Both the position numbers and the translations under genes were made by a program. Source: Candidatus Microgenomates bacterium (GTDB taxonomy: Bacteria; Patescibacteriota; Microgenomatia; Daviesbacterales; UBA10151). Taken from it: a DNA stretch of 64,000 bases. The first letter of the stretch is position 1. Each line of letters starts with the position of its first letter. The stretch spans positions 98,121 to 162,120 of the forward strand of contig JACOYE010000007.1 in assembly GCA_016182045.1 (NCBI GenBank), written 5' to 3'. Below the pieces are notes generated by a model. It was not told the origin of the DNA. It saw nothing but the letters and a program-made list of their open reading frames with translations, and made no database searches. Below, piece after piece: positions 26,279 to 37,200 of this stretch.

Positions 26279-27990
26279 TATTTCCTTTCCGCATTAAACA
26301 GTGGTCCCACAATCTGGATATTGGCCGGGGCTCTTAAATTAAAGAAATTCCTAAATTCTGTCCCATCAAATGTTTCTGATCCTCTGTCTCCTGATACTGT
26401 CACAGAAGTGACCATGCCGGATCCAAAATCCACCCCTACTGACACATCGGATACACTGTTAAATGGACTGCCTCCCCTGCTTCTTAACTCCTGTTTAACC
26501 CGATCTTCATTCCAGGTTTCTCCCCCTTCCGGATTTGGTTTGTCGGTTTGGTAAATATGAGAGGAGACACCACCATCTCTTTTAACAAGCATAATCACAT
26601 TGGCAATATCGGAAACTTCTTCCGACTTTAACCAGGCGCTCTTGGCATATTGGGCTCTGACCCCTTGGGCTGCATAAAAACAGGGGGAATCCTTATCATA
26701 GGCTTTGCTCATTAGATCAGAAAAACTGCCCACATCTCCATTGGTATCCCTAAGTCTTTTTGTCCAGGACCTACCTCCTCCAAAAACATCCCCTGCTGTA
26801 AAGGTATAACCTCCATCAGTTGAGGAATACCAGGCAGTGATTGGTGAACCACCTGATACCATAGTTTTGCCTTCTGTGGCTTTGATAGCCTGTTCCCAGT
26901 TACCGCCTTTGTTGCCGCCTTTATAAACCTGACACTTTTGAGAGGTACAAATTTCTCTTGAGCCATTATCGGTATAAGCTAAGGCATAAGAGCGGGCGGC
27001 GATGGCTTGGGCTTTCAAAGCCTCCATGGGCCAGGAATCAGGCATCTCATATATTCCCAAAAGGTAAGTTTCCAAAGACATAGAACCGTAACCTGACACT
27101 GTAATATTAATATTTGGTCTTTGTTCAAAGGAAAAGTCGGCAAAGTATGCTCTTAATATATCTTCATGATTTTGGCCTGCCTGAGCCCTACCCAGGGCCC
27201 CGTATTGATTCATTCCCACCCGGTGTGGAATACCAAAAGTAAAAAAGGCAAAGGTAGGTCTAAAACCAGGATCAAGCTTCCTATCATCGGTACAAAAAAG
27301 AGGGCCTGCTCCCAAAGAGGTGGGCAAATTTAAAGAGGCCTGTCTTTGAGCAATAATTTGTTGCTGGCGGGCAGTTAGTTGGGCAATCTTGGTGAACAGC
27401 TCTGCCTGATAAGCTTTGGCTTTTTTAATTTCTCCCCCCAAAAATTGGGCATTCTTGTCAACCTCAGCCTGTAAGATATTCAGCCTGGCTTTATCTTTTT
27501 CCAGTTTGTCTTTTTGGGTTAATAAATCCAAAACCTCCTCAGTGATGGAGGAGATGATTTGTCTGTCTTCTCTGGTAACAGATTGTCTGTATGATAACTC
27601 CCTGAATAAATCCCCTGCTTGAATTGAGGATAAAATCACCAATAAAGGATCTGTCAAATAAGATCTGATGTAATACGCCCTGACTCTTTTTTCCAAAAGG
27701 GCCTGTTGCAAAGCCAGCTTGTCTTCTCTGATATCCAATTCCTTTTGTTTATTTTTAATATTTAAAGATAGATAATCCAGATTGGCTTGGATTTGATTAA
27801 GCTGTCTTTGTAAAGAATCTAGTTGCCCTTCCAAAGGTTTGGTGGCCTTAACAGACAGCTCCCGAGCCTTATTTAGCTCATCTATTTGCTTTTGTAAATC
27901 TTCAATTTCATCAGCATGGGTAGGGGTAAGGGAGTAGGGTATAGCGAATAAGAAAAAAATAACTGATAAAAAAAGTATAATCTTACGCAT
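26278..27990 (-). CDS. SpoIID/LytB-domain peptidoglycan hydrolase with coiled coil
   Basis: HRVGMNQYGA, EALKAQAIAARSY and CQVY motifs, signal peptide. Confidence 0.88.
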   Translation of the reverse strand: MRKIILFLSVIFFLFAIPYSLTPTHADEIEDLQKQIDELNKARELSVKATKPLEGQLDSLQRQLNQIQANLDYLSLNIKNKQKELDIREDKLALQQALLEKRVRAYYIRSYLTDPLLVILSSIQAGDLFRELSYRQSVTREDRQIISSITEEVLDLLTQKDKLEKDKARLNILQAEVDKNAQFLGGEIKKAKAYQAELFTKIAQLTARQQQIIAQRQASLNLPTSLGAGPLFCTDDRKLDPGFRPTFAFFTFGIPHRVGMNQYGALGRAQAGQNHEDILRAYFADFSFEQRPNINITVSGYGSMSLETYLLGIYEMPDSWPMEALKAQAIAARSYALAYTDNGSREICTSQKCQVYKGGNKGGNWEQAIKATEGKTMVSGGSPITAWYSSTDGGYTFTAGDVFGGGRSWTKRLRDTNGDVGSFSDLMSKAYDKDSPCFYAAQGVRAQYAKSAWLKSEEVSDIANVIMLVKRDGGVSSHIYQTDKPNPEGGETWNEDRVKQELRSRGGSPFNSVSDVSVGVDFGSGMVTSVTVSGDRGSETFDGTEFRNFFNLRAPANIQIVGPLFNAERK

Positions 27991-28127
27991 GGAGATAGAT
28001 ATTTAATTTTAGCATAAGTAGTGGTATTTTTAATATCCTAAAATTTTTGGGCTATTGACAAAATTACAAATATATGATATTACATAAAATGTAAATTACT
28101 TAATTTACAAAGAGTGAGGCTGAGAAT

Positions 28128-28418
28128 ATGACCAGAATTGTAAAATCTTTGCGGAGCGGACAACTGACTATCCCTGCTGATTTCAGGGAACAGCTGGGAA
28201 TCGATACAGACACTTTACTCCAAATCAACCTGATCAATGGTGAGTTGCGTATCAAACCTGTTAAAACCACCCAAACCGTAGCAGGATCGCCCTGGATCAA
28301 GGAATTGTATAAACTTTTTGCCCCGATTCGTAAAGACGCATCAAAATATACCGATGCACAAATAAATACTACTATTGACCGTGCGGTAAAAGCTGTGCGA
28401 AGAAAAAGACATGGTTAA
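28128..28418 (+). CDS. AbrB/MazE antitoxin
   Basis: GQLTIPADFREQLGI. Confidence 0.85.
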   Translation: MTRIVKSLRSGQLTIPADFREQLGIDTDTLLQINLINGELRIKPVKTTQTVAGSPWIKELYKLFAPIRKDASKYTDAQINTTIDRAVKAVRRKRHG

Positions 28419-28833
28419 AGTGGTATTCGATACTATGGTTTTTGTCCGCAGTCTAATAAACCCCAGAAGCTTTTGGGGGAAACTTATCTTTAAATACTCA
28501 AACTCCTACCGTCTCTTTGTTTCGCGACCAGTGCTGCTGGAATTACTTGAAGTTTTAAACAGAGAGGAAATTAGCAAAAAGTTTAAGAGTATTAAAGGAT
28601 TAAATAGCAACAAAATTCTGCAAATTATCTCTCAAGCTGAAACAGTTGAAATATCGGATATCCCGCTGATTTCAAGAGATATAAAAGATGACAAATTTCT
28701 TGCTACTGCCAAGGCTGCAGATGCTGACTATCTGATTACCGAAGATGAAGATTTGTTGGTGCTAAAAGTTTATGCGGGAGTAAAAATCATCAATACAGCC
28801 ACTTTTTTGGATATTATTAAAACTAAACCCTAA
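28411..28833 (+). CDS. PIN toxin (TIGR00305-like)
   Basis: VVFDT, RDIKDDKFL and ITEDEDL motifs. Confidence 0.88.
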   Translation: MVKVVFDTMVFVRSLINPRSFWGKLIFKYSNSYRLFVSRPVLLELLEVLNREEISKKFKSIKGLNSNKILQIISQAETVEISDIPLISRDIKDDKFLATAKAADADYLITEDEDLLVLKVYAGVKIINTATFLDIIKTKP

Positions 28834-28895
28834 TCCCTAGACCCTAAACCCTAACTTGTGCTAAGCCACAACTATCTCTCTTTTAGAGACTAGTT

Positions 28896-29903
28896 GTGGT
28901 AAGCTTAAAATTAATGTCCAAAATATCTTTCTATCTAATTTCAGCTGTAACCTTTTTTCTGGTGATGACACTCTTTCTAAAATTCCCGCAGGTTATTCAA
29001 GCCCAGTCAATACCAACCATAGGAGATCTTAAGGTAGGAGAATCTAAACAAATCACTGTATCCGGTTTAGACGCAAAGGAAAAATACTATTGGAGTGAAT
29101 CAAAAGTGACATCTGTTATCCTTGGCCAAACTAACACTCCTATTTTTTATGGTTGTTTTGACTCCAGTGACAAGGGGGAGATACAACGGACCATAGGACC
29201 GTTTTCAACACCAGGACTTTATAAATTAGTAATCGATAGGTCTGAAACTGGCTGTACACCCTCGGGCAATCCAGTGGTATCACAAGACTTTTCGGTGGGA
29301 GGACCAACAGGGCAGAGTTGTTGTACTGCAGCTTTGCCGCGTTATGATAGAAATAAAGATGTCTGTGCAGATATAACCCTACATAATCCTCTACTTCCAC
29401 AACAGACGATTGAAGTAGAAACAGAATGTTCCAACACAAACCCTAAAAGCTACTGTGAACCAGAATCTTTACAATGTTTTACCACTAAAACTCAGGTAAA
29501 GGCCGGGAAAATATGTTTCGATCCTCACGAGCCAGGTTTTGATAAAAATAAACATATTATTTGCGCTAAAAGTGGAGGACAAGAAATTACCGGATGCACT
29601 GATAATAAAGACAATCCGGGGATTGCCACTGCCATTGGCTGTATACATACCTCACCGGTTGGATTTGTTAAAGACGCTTTAAAGTTTATCATTGCCATCT
29701 CTGGGGGTTTGGCATTTTTGATGATGCTTTTGGGAGCATTTCAGATGCTGACATCAGCCGGAAATCCCGAGACTTTGCAGGCCGGACGGGAAAGATTTCA
29801 ATCTGCCATCATCGGGCTTTTGTTTGTGATCTTTGCAGTTTTGCTGCTTCGCATCATTGGAGTTGATATACTGGGACTTGGAAAACAGTTTGGAGGACCA
29901 TGA
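28896..29903 (+). CDS. Cys-rich secreted protein with C-terminal TrbC/VirB2-like pilin domain
   Basis: TAIGCI...TSAGNPETLQAGRERFQSAIIGLLF. Confidence 0.8.
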   Translation: MVSLKLMSKISFYLISAVTFFLVMTLFLKFPQVIQAQSIPTIGDLKVGESKQITVSGLDAKEKYYWSESKVTSVILGQTNTPIFYGCFDSSDKGEIQRTIGPFSTPGLYKLVIDRSETGCTPSGNPVVSQDFSVGGPTGQSCCTAALPRYDRNKDVCADITLHNPLLPQQTIEVETECSNTNPKSYCEPESLQCFTTKTQVKAGKICFDPHEPGFDKNKHIICAKSGGQEITGCTDNKDNPGIATAIGCIHTSPVGFVKDALKFIIAISGGLAFLMMLLGAFQMLTSAGNPETLQAGRERFQSAIIGLLFVIFAVLLLRIIGVDILGLGKQFGGP

Positions 29904-30298
29904 TGATAATGTCAAATTACAAATTTCAAATTACAAATGAAGGTCAAAATCCAAATACTAAAAAGAAATATGATCTTGAGGAAAGGACTGCCAAGTTTGG
30001 GGAAAAGATTCTGGAGTTTGCCAAAAAAATACCACAAAACCCTGTAACATTACCAATCATCAGTCAGCTGGTACGTTCAGGCACCAGTATAGGAGCTAAT
30101 TATTGCGAAGCAGACGGGGCGGAAAGCAAAAAAGACTTCAGACATAAAATAGGAATTTGTAAAAAAGAAGCTAAGGAAACTAAACATTGGCTTAGGATGG
30201 TAGCAAAAGCTGTACCAGACCTTGCACCGGAAGCAAGGGAGTATTGGCAAGAAGCTCAGGAATTGACTTTAATTTTTTCGGCAATTATCAGAAAATAA
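29900..30298 (+). CDS. Four-helix-bundle protein (23S rRNA IVS-protein family)
   Basis: QLVRSGTSIGANYCEA...KEAKETKHWL, flanked by heptamer repeats. Confidence 0.92.
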   Translation: MMIMSNYKFQITNEGQNPNTKKKYDLEERTAKFGEKILEFAKKIPQNPVTLPIISQLVRSGTSIGANYCEADGAESKKDFRHKIGICKKEAKETKHWLRMVAKAVPDLAPEAREYWQEAQELTLIFSAIIRK

Positions 30299-30304
30299 AA
30301 TATA

Positions 30305-30410
30305 ATGACAAAATCCAAATTACAAATGGCAAATCAAACCTAAATGTCAAAGACAAAAAATTTGTCATTTAGGCTTTGAAATTCATTTGACATTTGGACT
30401 TTGAGCTTTG
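30305..30410. repeat. Heptamer-repeat inverted element downstream of the four-helix-bundle gene
   Basis: CAAA(T)-type units followed by TTTG-type units. Confidence 0.65.
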
Positions 30411-30422
30411 ATATTACCAGCT

Positions 30423-30728
30423 ATGTTAAACGATTTACTAAAAGATAGCGGTGTCCCAAATTTTGGCGGTGCAAATGCCAATTTGGGAGCGGTTCTTTCA
30501 GGCCTTTTAAATATTACCTTCTTTATAGCAGTATTTATGACCTTTTACTGGCTGGTCTGGGGATCATTCCAATATATTTTAGCTCAGGGCGAAAAGGAAA
30601 AACTGGCCAGGGCCAGGGAAAGAATCAAATGGGCCATAATAGGACTGTTAGTAGTCTTAATGTCTTATTCTTTTGCCAGATTTGCTTCTGAAATATTCCC
30701 ACCGGGAAAAGGAGGACTACCATTCTAA
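30423..30728 (+). CDS. TrbC/VirB2-like pilin
   Basis: WGSFQYILAQGEKEKLARARERIKWAIIG. Confidence 0.85.
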   Translation: MLNDLLKDSGVPNFGGANANLGAVLSGLLNITFFIAVFMTFYWLVWGSFQYILAQGEKEKLARARERIKWAIIGLLVVLMSYSFARFASEIFPPGKGGLPF

Positions 30729-30778
30729 TAGAAGGAGTAGATATTGGAGAAAAGTTTGGCTTTGGGGATATTAAATCT

Positions 30779-31033
30779 TTGGGAGAAGGAACTTCCAGAT
30801 TGGTTGGACCGATGTTTGCTGCGGCTGCTGTAGCAGTAATTTTATACTTTTTATTTGGAGCATTTTTCTATTTAAGATCAGCCGGAGATAAAGAGGAGAT
30901 CCAAAATGCCAGAAATATGATGACTCATGCTATTGTTGGATTTATACTGTTAATATTTGCCTTTCTGATTTTACAGTTTTTGTTGTATAGTTTATTTGGT
31001 CAACAGATTCCCTTTATCGGAGGAGAAAAATGA
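30779..31033 (+). CDS. TrbC/VirB2-like pilin (start uncertain, possibly about 30722)
   Basis: SAGDKEEIQNARNMMTHAIVG. Confidence 0.8.
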   Translation: MGEGTSRLVGPMFAAAAVAVILYFLFGAFFYLRSAGDKEEIQNARNMMTHAIVGFILLIFAFLILQFLLYSLFGQQIPFIGGEK

Positions 31034-31497
31034 TAGTTAAAACTTTTTTGTTTATATTATTTACCGTTTACTCTCTACTATTTACTGTCCCTGTTTATGC
31101 CCGGCCATGTTACCAAGCTCCTGATGGATCACTAATATGCCCTACCCTTTCTCCTGCTCCGACACCAAATGCCATAGAAAGCATTTTTGGCAAAATTATC
31201 CCTCCTGATGCTTTAAAAGGCCTCTTACAACAAGACCCCACCGGGGCCGGGGCCATCAGTAATTTTTTATCCAGACTGGTGGCTTTAATTTATGTTTTTG
31301 CTGCCATAATTTTAATCTTCATGCTGCTTTGGGGAGCCTGGGACTGGATGACCTCTGAGGGAGATAAGGAAAAGATCCAATCTGCCAGAAATAAAATCAT
31401 CAATGCTTTTATTGGTATTTTACTTTTTGCGGTGGCTTTTGCAGTTATCCGAGTTCTGGGACAATTTACCGGTTTTACCTTCTTTGTGGGACAATAG
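31030..31497 (+). CDS. TrbC/VirB2-like pilin
   Basis: WMTSEGDKEKIQSARNKIINAFIG. Confidence 0.85.
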   Translation: MIVKTFLFILFTVYSLLFTVPVYARPCYQAPDGSLICPTLSPAPTPNAIESIFGKIIPPDALKGLLQQDPTGAGAISNFLSRLVALIYVFAAIILIFMLLWGAWDWMTSEGDKEKIQSARNKIINAFIGILLFAVAFAVIRVLGQFTGFTFFVGQ

Positions 31498-31536
31498 CCC
31501 CCCTTGACAAGTAATTTAGTTTGTGACTAAGATTAG

Positions 31537-31920
31537 ATGGCTATGCGAAAATTAGCACTGGTAGGATCATCAATAGTCTATCTTCTTTCCGCAGTGATGG
31601 TATTTGCCCAATCACCCACCCCACAAATCAAAATTTCTCCTCCCACCCAAGGTTACTCTGATCTGGGGGCTTTTGTGACCAATGTTTTAACTTTGTCTTT
31701 TATAGTGGCTGTCCTAGTAGTTTTGGTGATGCTGATTTGGGGAGCTTTTGAATGGATCACTTCCGGTGGAGACAAGGAAGCAGTAGGAAAAGCCAGAAAC
31801 AGAATCATCAATGCCTTGATTGGCCTGGCTGTTTTGGCTGTGGCTTTTGCCCTATTTAAAGTGGCAGGTCAATTTTTGGGCTTCCCCACCACAGAATTTA
31901 CCATTCCCACACCACCTTAA
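31537..31920 (+). CDS. TrbC/VirB2-like pilin
   Basis: WITSGGDKEAVGKARNRIINALIG. Confidence 0.87.
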   Translation: MAMRKLALVGSSIVYLLSAVMVFAQSPTPQIKISPPTQGYSDLGAFVTNVLTLSFIVAVLVVLVMLIWGAFEWITSGGDKEAVGKARNRIINALIGLAVLAVAFALFKVAGQFLGFPTTEFTIPTPP

Positions 31921-31965
31921 TAAGTTAGGTTGACCATCATACTAAATTGGTGCTAAGGTTAAGAT

Positions 31966-32313
31966 ATGGGTCCTGATCCAGCTGGCTTAAAACAAATAGA
32001 GGATGTTTTTACCAACATTATCTCGGTGGTGGTGGGGTTGGGTTTTATTACTCTTTTGGTTTTGCTTGTTTGGGCCGGAATTAAATATTTAATCTCAGGG
32101 GGAGAGCCAAAAGCCATCCAGCAGGCTCATCTAATAGTCACCTGGGCTCTTTTGGGAGTCCTATTTTTGGCCATAGCCTGGCTGGTATTACAACTTGTGG
32201 GAGCTTTTACCGGACTTCCTGTAACTATCTTTAATGTCAGAGCCCTTTGCGAAGTGGGCGGTACCCAATTTTGCACCCCCACTCCAAGTCCAAGTCCAAC
32301 TCCCAGCCCTTAG
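31966..32313 (+). CDS. TrbC/VirB2-like pilin
   Basis: YLISGGEPKAIQQAHLIVTWALLG. Confidence 0.85.
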   Translation: MGPDPAGLKQIEDVFTNIISVVVGLGFITLLVLLVWAGIKYLISGGEPKAIQQAHLIVTWALLGVLFLAIAWLVLQLVGAFTGLPVTIFNVRALCEVGGTQFCTPTPSPSPTPSP

Positions 32314-32352
32314 GGGTTGCAAAAGTAGATTGATTTGTTTTACTGTTAAAGT

Positions 32353-34188
32353 ATGGTAGGGAAACCCAAAGCTCAAATGTCAAATTTCAAATCAAATCTA
32401 AATTTCAAAAAATTTGTCATTTGTCATTTTAATTTTGGCATTCATTTGTTATTTGTTATTTTGATTTTGACATTAGTGGCCACTCCAGTTTCAGCCCAGA
32501 CCTCCACCCCATCTGCCTCCCCCCTACAACCTACCACCTACAACCTACCACCTACTGTTTCACCCACCTCCCCTCTCTACACCGACCTTTTAGTCCACAA
32601 CTTATTCCATTCATTTAGTTGTCTGGCAGTGGGTCAATCTGTCATTGGCCAAGCTTGTTTAACCTACCAGCTTACCCAAAATACTCAAGGAGCTATTCAA
32701 TCCATACCGGTTTTATCACAGACTAATTTATCTGGGGGAGCTTTGGGGGCCACCACCTCTTTGATAGGCATGCTTTATCAAAATCCTCCGATCAGAACAG
32801 CTGATTATCTGGCATCAGTGGGACAAGGTTTGGGAATTGTGAAGGAAGCTCATGCCCAAGTGGTAGGGTCTGGGGCCAATGTCTTAAGTCCAATTTTAGC
32901 TCTTTGGCAGGTTTCAAGAAATATAGCTTACTTGGTAATGATTATAATTTTTGTAATTATAGGGCTGATGGTGATGTTCAGACAAAGGATTAACCCTCAA
33001 ACAGTCATCACAGCTCAAGCTGCATTACCCGGTCTTGTGATTGGCCTAATTTTAATAACCTTTAGCTACTTTTTGGCAGGATTAATATCAGATACGGCCT
33101 TTATTGGCACAAATTTGGTAGGGGCTTACTTTTCTGCAGTTAAAGGACACTCAGACAAACCGCAAAATCTGGTAGATGAGATAAAATCTCAAAATGTTTT
33201 AACTATTTTCACTCCCTTTACCAGAATAGCCAGCTTTGACAAAGTTAGCGATGCCCTGAGTTCAATCTGGAATGATCTAGCAGATCCAAATGTATGTAGG
33301 AATTGTCCATGGGAACAGGATCCACAGAAAGTTCTGACTGCCCTGATGGCATTTCTGGTTGCTCAAGTTATCATGCCCTTTGGAGGAATGCTTGGGGGAC
33401 CAGGACAATTGGCAGCTGGGGTGATATCATTTGGGGGAGCTGCCCTTCTTCCTACACAACTGGTCACTGTAGGCCTAACCTTTGTAGCCATGGTAATTTT
33501 GATTTATGCCATGTTTAGATTACTACTGCGATTGATTAATAATTATCTCAGCATTATTTTTTTGACAATCACCGCTCCATTTCAATTTTTAGCTGCCGCT
33601 TTGCCGGGCAGACAGGGAACCGCCACCAATTGGATTCTACAGATGCTGGCCAATATCTTGGCATTTCCGGCTGTTTTGGCAGTGTTTTATTTCGTGGCCT
33701 TTTTGTTAGGCCAAGATTTTGGCCCCCTTAAAGTTTCTCAGATAAACCAAGTGCAAAACAATGGACCGGTAACAGCTGCATACGCACAAGGTAAAATCAA
33801 TGTGGCAGATATTGAAACTTTTCCTTTGTTTGGCGGCATGGATTTAGAGTTTATCAGGATTCTTTTGGCTTTCGGGGCACTGGTGGCATTGCCTAAGATT
33901 CCTGATTTGGTGGCAAGAGCCCTGGGAGCAGTAAGTGAGGCAGGACAACTGCTCGGTCAGGAACTGGGTGGCAGCGTTGCTGCAGGCAGAGGCTATGCCG
34001 GCCAATTCCAACAAGGTGCTAGCGGTCTGGCTGGACAAGCGGGTAGACTGACAAACGAAACATACTACTATAGAGATGAAGCTGGCAATCTAAAAGTAAA
34101 TCCAATGTTGTCTCGAGCTGGACAAATATCGAAAGCTATATCTAATGTGAAGGGATGGTTTGGTAGAGGTCCGAAACCTACTATCTAG
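32353..34188 (+). CDS. VirB6/TrbL-like polytopic membrane protein
   Basis: LWQVSRNIAY...IGLILITFSY, multiple TMs, follows the pilin array. Confidence 0.7.
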   Translation: MVGKPKAQMSNFKSNLNFKKFVICHFNFGIHLLFVILILTLVATPVSAQTSTPSASPLQPTTYNLPPTVSPTSPLYTDLLVHNLFHSFSCLAVGQSVIGQACLTYQLTQNTQGAIQSIPVLSQTNLSGGALGATTSLIGMLYQNPPIRTADYLASVGQGLGIVKEAHAQVVGSGANVLSPILALWQVSRNIAYLVMIIIFVIIGLMVMFRQRINPQTVITAQAALPGLVIGLILITFSYFLAGLISDTAFIGTNLVGAYFSAVKGHSDKPQNLVDEIKSQNVLTIFTPFTRIASFDKVSDALSSIWNDLADPNVCRNCPWEQDPQKVLTALMAFLVAQVIMPFGGMLGGPGQLAAGVISFGGAALLPTQLVTVGLTFVAMVILIYAMFRLLLRLINNYLSIIFLTITAPFQFLAAALPGRQGTATNWILQMLANILAFPAVLAVFYFVAFLLGQDFGPLKVSQINQVQNNGPVTAAYAQGKINVADIETFPLFGGMDLEFIRILLAFGALVALPKIPDLVARALGAVSEAGQLLGQELGGSVAAGRGYAGQFQQGASGLAGQAGRLTNETYYYRDEAGNLKVNPMLSRAGQISKAISNVKGWFGRGPKPTI

Positions 34189-34202
34189 CGGGAAGGATTA
34201 GG

Positions 34203-37200
34203 CTAAATTATCTTATCGGTCAACCAATCTTCAATTGATTCAGATCCTGTTGTCTTATTCCCTCCTTCATAGATTTTAAACTTTTTAGAAAGGAAGCTAT
34301 TCCAATATTTTTCCCTTCTGTATACATCAGCTCCACCTCCTGGGCTCTCATCCTGCAACCAATCATAAAATCCTCTTCGTCCTTCCTCCCCATACAAAAA
34401 TGCATCTTGTCTATTCCTGGCAGTACCATTATTTTTTAGGATATCTTTGTCTGATTCAATGGCAGTATTAAAACTACCATCCGACAAAAATACCTCTACT
34501 TCCTCTAGATTTAAAGCTCCTGCTGAATTATCAGTGGCTGAATACATCACCCTCATATCATGGGTAACCTTTGTTAACCTGCCAAAACATTCTTTAAATT
34601 TATATAGAAACGGTATGGTCTTTGTTGCACTATCTAAAAGGTCTCCAGAGATAGCGTCTCCAGCATATCCATGCATAGTTTCATTATTATCAGTTGGTTT
34701 TTCATACAAACCAAAAACCCACTCTCCTGTTTGAGGATCAACATAGCCAACTGAATGATTAAACATTTCAACTGCTTTATCCTGCACTTCAAAAATTTTC
34801 GTCAGTCCAAATTGTCCCACTATGCCTTGGTGCGAAATCTTCTTGATTTCATCTGCCATTACCTTAACTGCTCCAGATAATCCATGTACTCCCCATCTGG
34901 GACCTGCGGCATCATGTTCAAAAGGAGCATCAGCAATTTCAGCACCAAGTCTTCTGGATAAACGAGAAGTTTGCTGAGCTGCAAATTCCACAAAACCTAA
35001 TGTAAACCTATCCATTCCTGCCCAATCCTCGTTCCTATAACCTACCCGCATCCTGCCTATATAACCATCTCTAGGAAGAAATGCTCTATATAATCCATGC
35101 TTCCCTCTTTGTCTATCTTGAAATGACTCTAAGACGGCAGCTGCTACAAGGGCAACTTCTCTTTGTTGTTGAACATCTTCAAACTTTTTAACCCGTCTTA
35201 AAGTTGGATCTACAATCAAAAGTTGGGTGGCTAATATATCTTCATCTTCCCAACGAGACAAACCGTCTCTGATTCGTTCTGCTACCTTAAAGATACGAGG
35301 AGCCAATATAGTCACTCTATTATTGCCCTGGTAATACCAATAGGTATGGTCAGTATAACGGTTACGAAAATCGCTACTTTGGGCAGCTATTTGGAAAGTT
35401 GCTACTGCTTCCTCAACTAAAGTATCCCCTACTAGCTTTGCTTTGGTATTTTTGTTGATATTGTCATAATTAACAAGCTGACGATCATTAGGATCAGCTT
35501 TATCATAAATAATAACTTTACCATCCTGATCAAACTCTAATCCTATTGGATTGCCGTTATTATCAAAAGAAAGTTTAACTTCTTTGCCTGCCTGGTTAAA
35601 ACCCAAGATTTCACCATTTTTGAATTTTGTGAATTGACCTGTATTAGGCTCTATCCTTCCCAGCGGTCTTTTAAAAGTCATTGGTTTTGGTTGACCATCT
35701 GGACCTAACTCATCATCCAAAAGTTGAGCTGTATATCCCTTTGTTCTTAATTCTTCTGTCAACCTTGCTCTTGCTTCTCTTACTTTTTGCCTTCTGACTT
35801 TTGCCGGTTCGTTTGCATATTTCATCTTGGTCCAGGTAACACCCCATTGGACAAAGTTTTCTGCCTGGTAAGTTGGGATATTGTCAACAAAGTCATGTTT
35901 ATCTTCAGGGCTTAGCCGTGCATAAAGATCTTGCCAATATTTAGGAAAGCTATCTAGTCTTTTGCCACCGCTTTCCCCACCTCTCATTTTGTATAACATC
36001 CAGCCTATCTCGAACGATCTTCTATTAGCTTGCGGGAGAGAATCTCTTATTTTTTCAATTTCCTCTACTTTAAGTGCATCCGTATTTATTACTTTTGTTT
36101 TGTCTGTATCTATCCATTTCAGTCTTAATCCATCACTCACACTCTGGTAATATTGAATATGAGGATTTCTGTCCACATATAAAAATCCTCTACCTCTTCT
36201 AGCTTTCTCTCCTAATACTCCCTGCATTTGAAAAGCAATATCAAAATTAGCTGCTGCTTCATCATAAGCTGCCTTGTATGCTTGTCGATCTCGCGGACTT
36301 AATCGATCAATTGCCTTTTCGCCTTTTTCTAATTTTATCTGACCCCTAATTATAGCTTGTCTGAGTTCCCGAAGCTGTACCTGAATTCTTCCTAAATCTA
36401 TTGACTTTCTGATGGTTTCCGGGAGGTCAGCAAAAGCTGGATATTTTCTTTGATACTGTCTTTGATCTTCGGGCTTACTTTGATCTTCGGCAAAACGGTC
36501 TTGATCTTCTTTATAGCTTAGATAATTTTTAATGTGGTAATCACCTTTATCAAAACCTTCGTATAATCTTTTAAACTCTTCATCGGATTTGGTCAGGCCG
36601 AGTCTTTTTAAATTTGCTCTGTAAGCATTAAGCCTGGCTTGATCATGTACACGCTTTGCCTGATTATCTCCACCTAGTAGATCAATCGCTGTTTCGCCTG
36701 GCTTCAATTTTATTCTACCAGTGCTGATATCGTTTTCTATACTTCGAAGATCTGACTTAATTCTCTCTAAATCGCCGGCCGCATCAATTTTCGCTTGTAA
36801 ATCATCAGAGTTAAAATACTCATCCCTAGGATCATAATCCTTAAGCACAATACCCATTCCTCTTTCAATTACCATCTCCTGAATTTGATCTTGTTTGAAA
36901 TGACCAGCAACAATATCTAACTCTCCTCTTTCTCCTACAGGATTATTATAAATATCCATTACATCTTCGAAGTCAAAAATCTCAGTAAAAACAGCTACTC
37001 CCCCTTTTCCTGCTCGATATAATGCTACCCATCTGGCTGGCCCTTCATCCAAAGACATTGCCACCATTGCCTCTTTTTTCTGCTTGGGGTTATAAACCTC
37101 ATTTGCATAGTTACCCACAAAAACATATAATAATGCTTCCAGTTCCAACCTATTTTCTTCCAAAAAATCAGCATCGATATTACCTTCTCTGACCTGTCTT

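Noticed and set aside
29900-30298. Four-helix-bundle protein as the Avd of a diversity-generating retroelement
   Set aside because: No reverse transcriptase or TR/VR pair is seen in the window.
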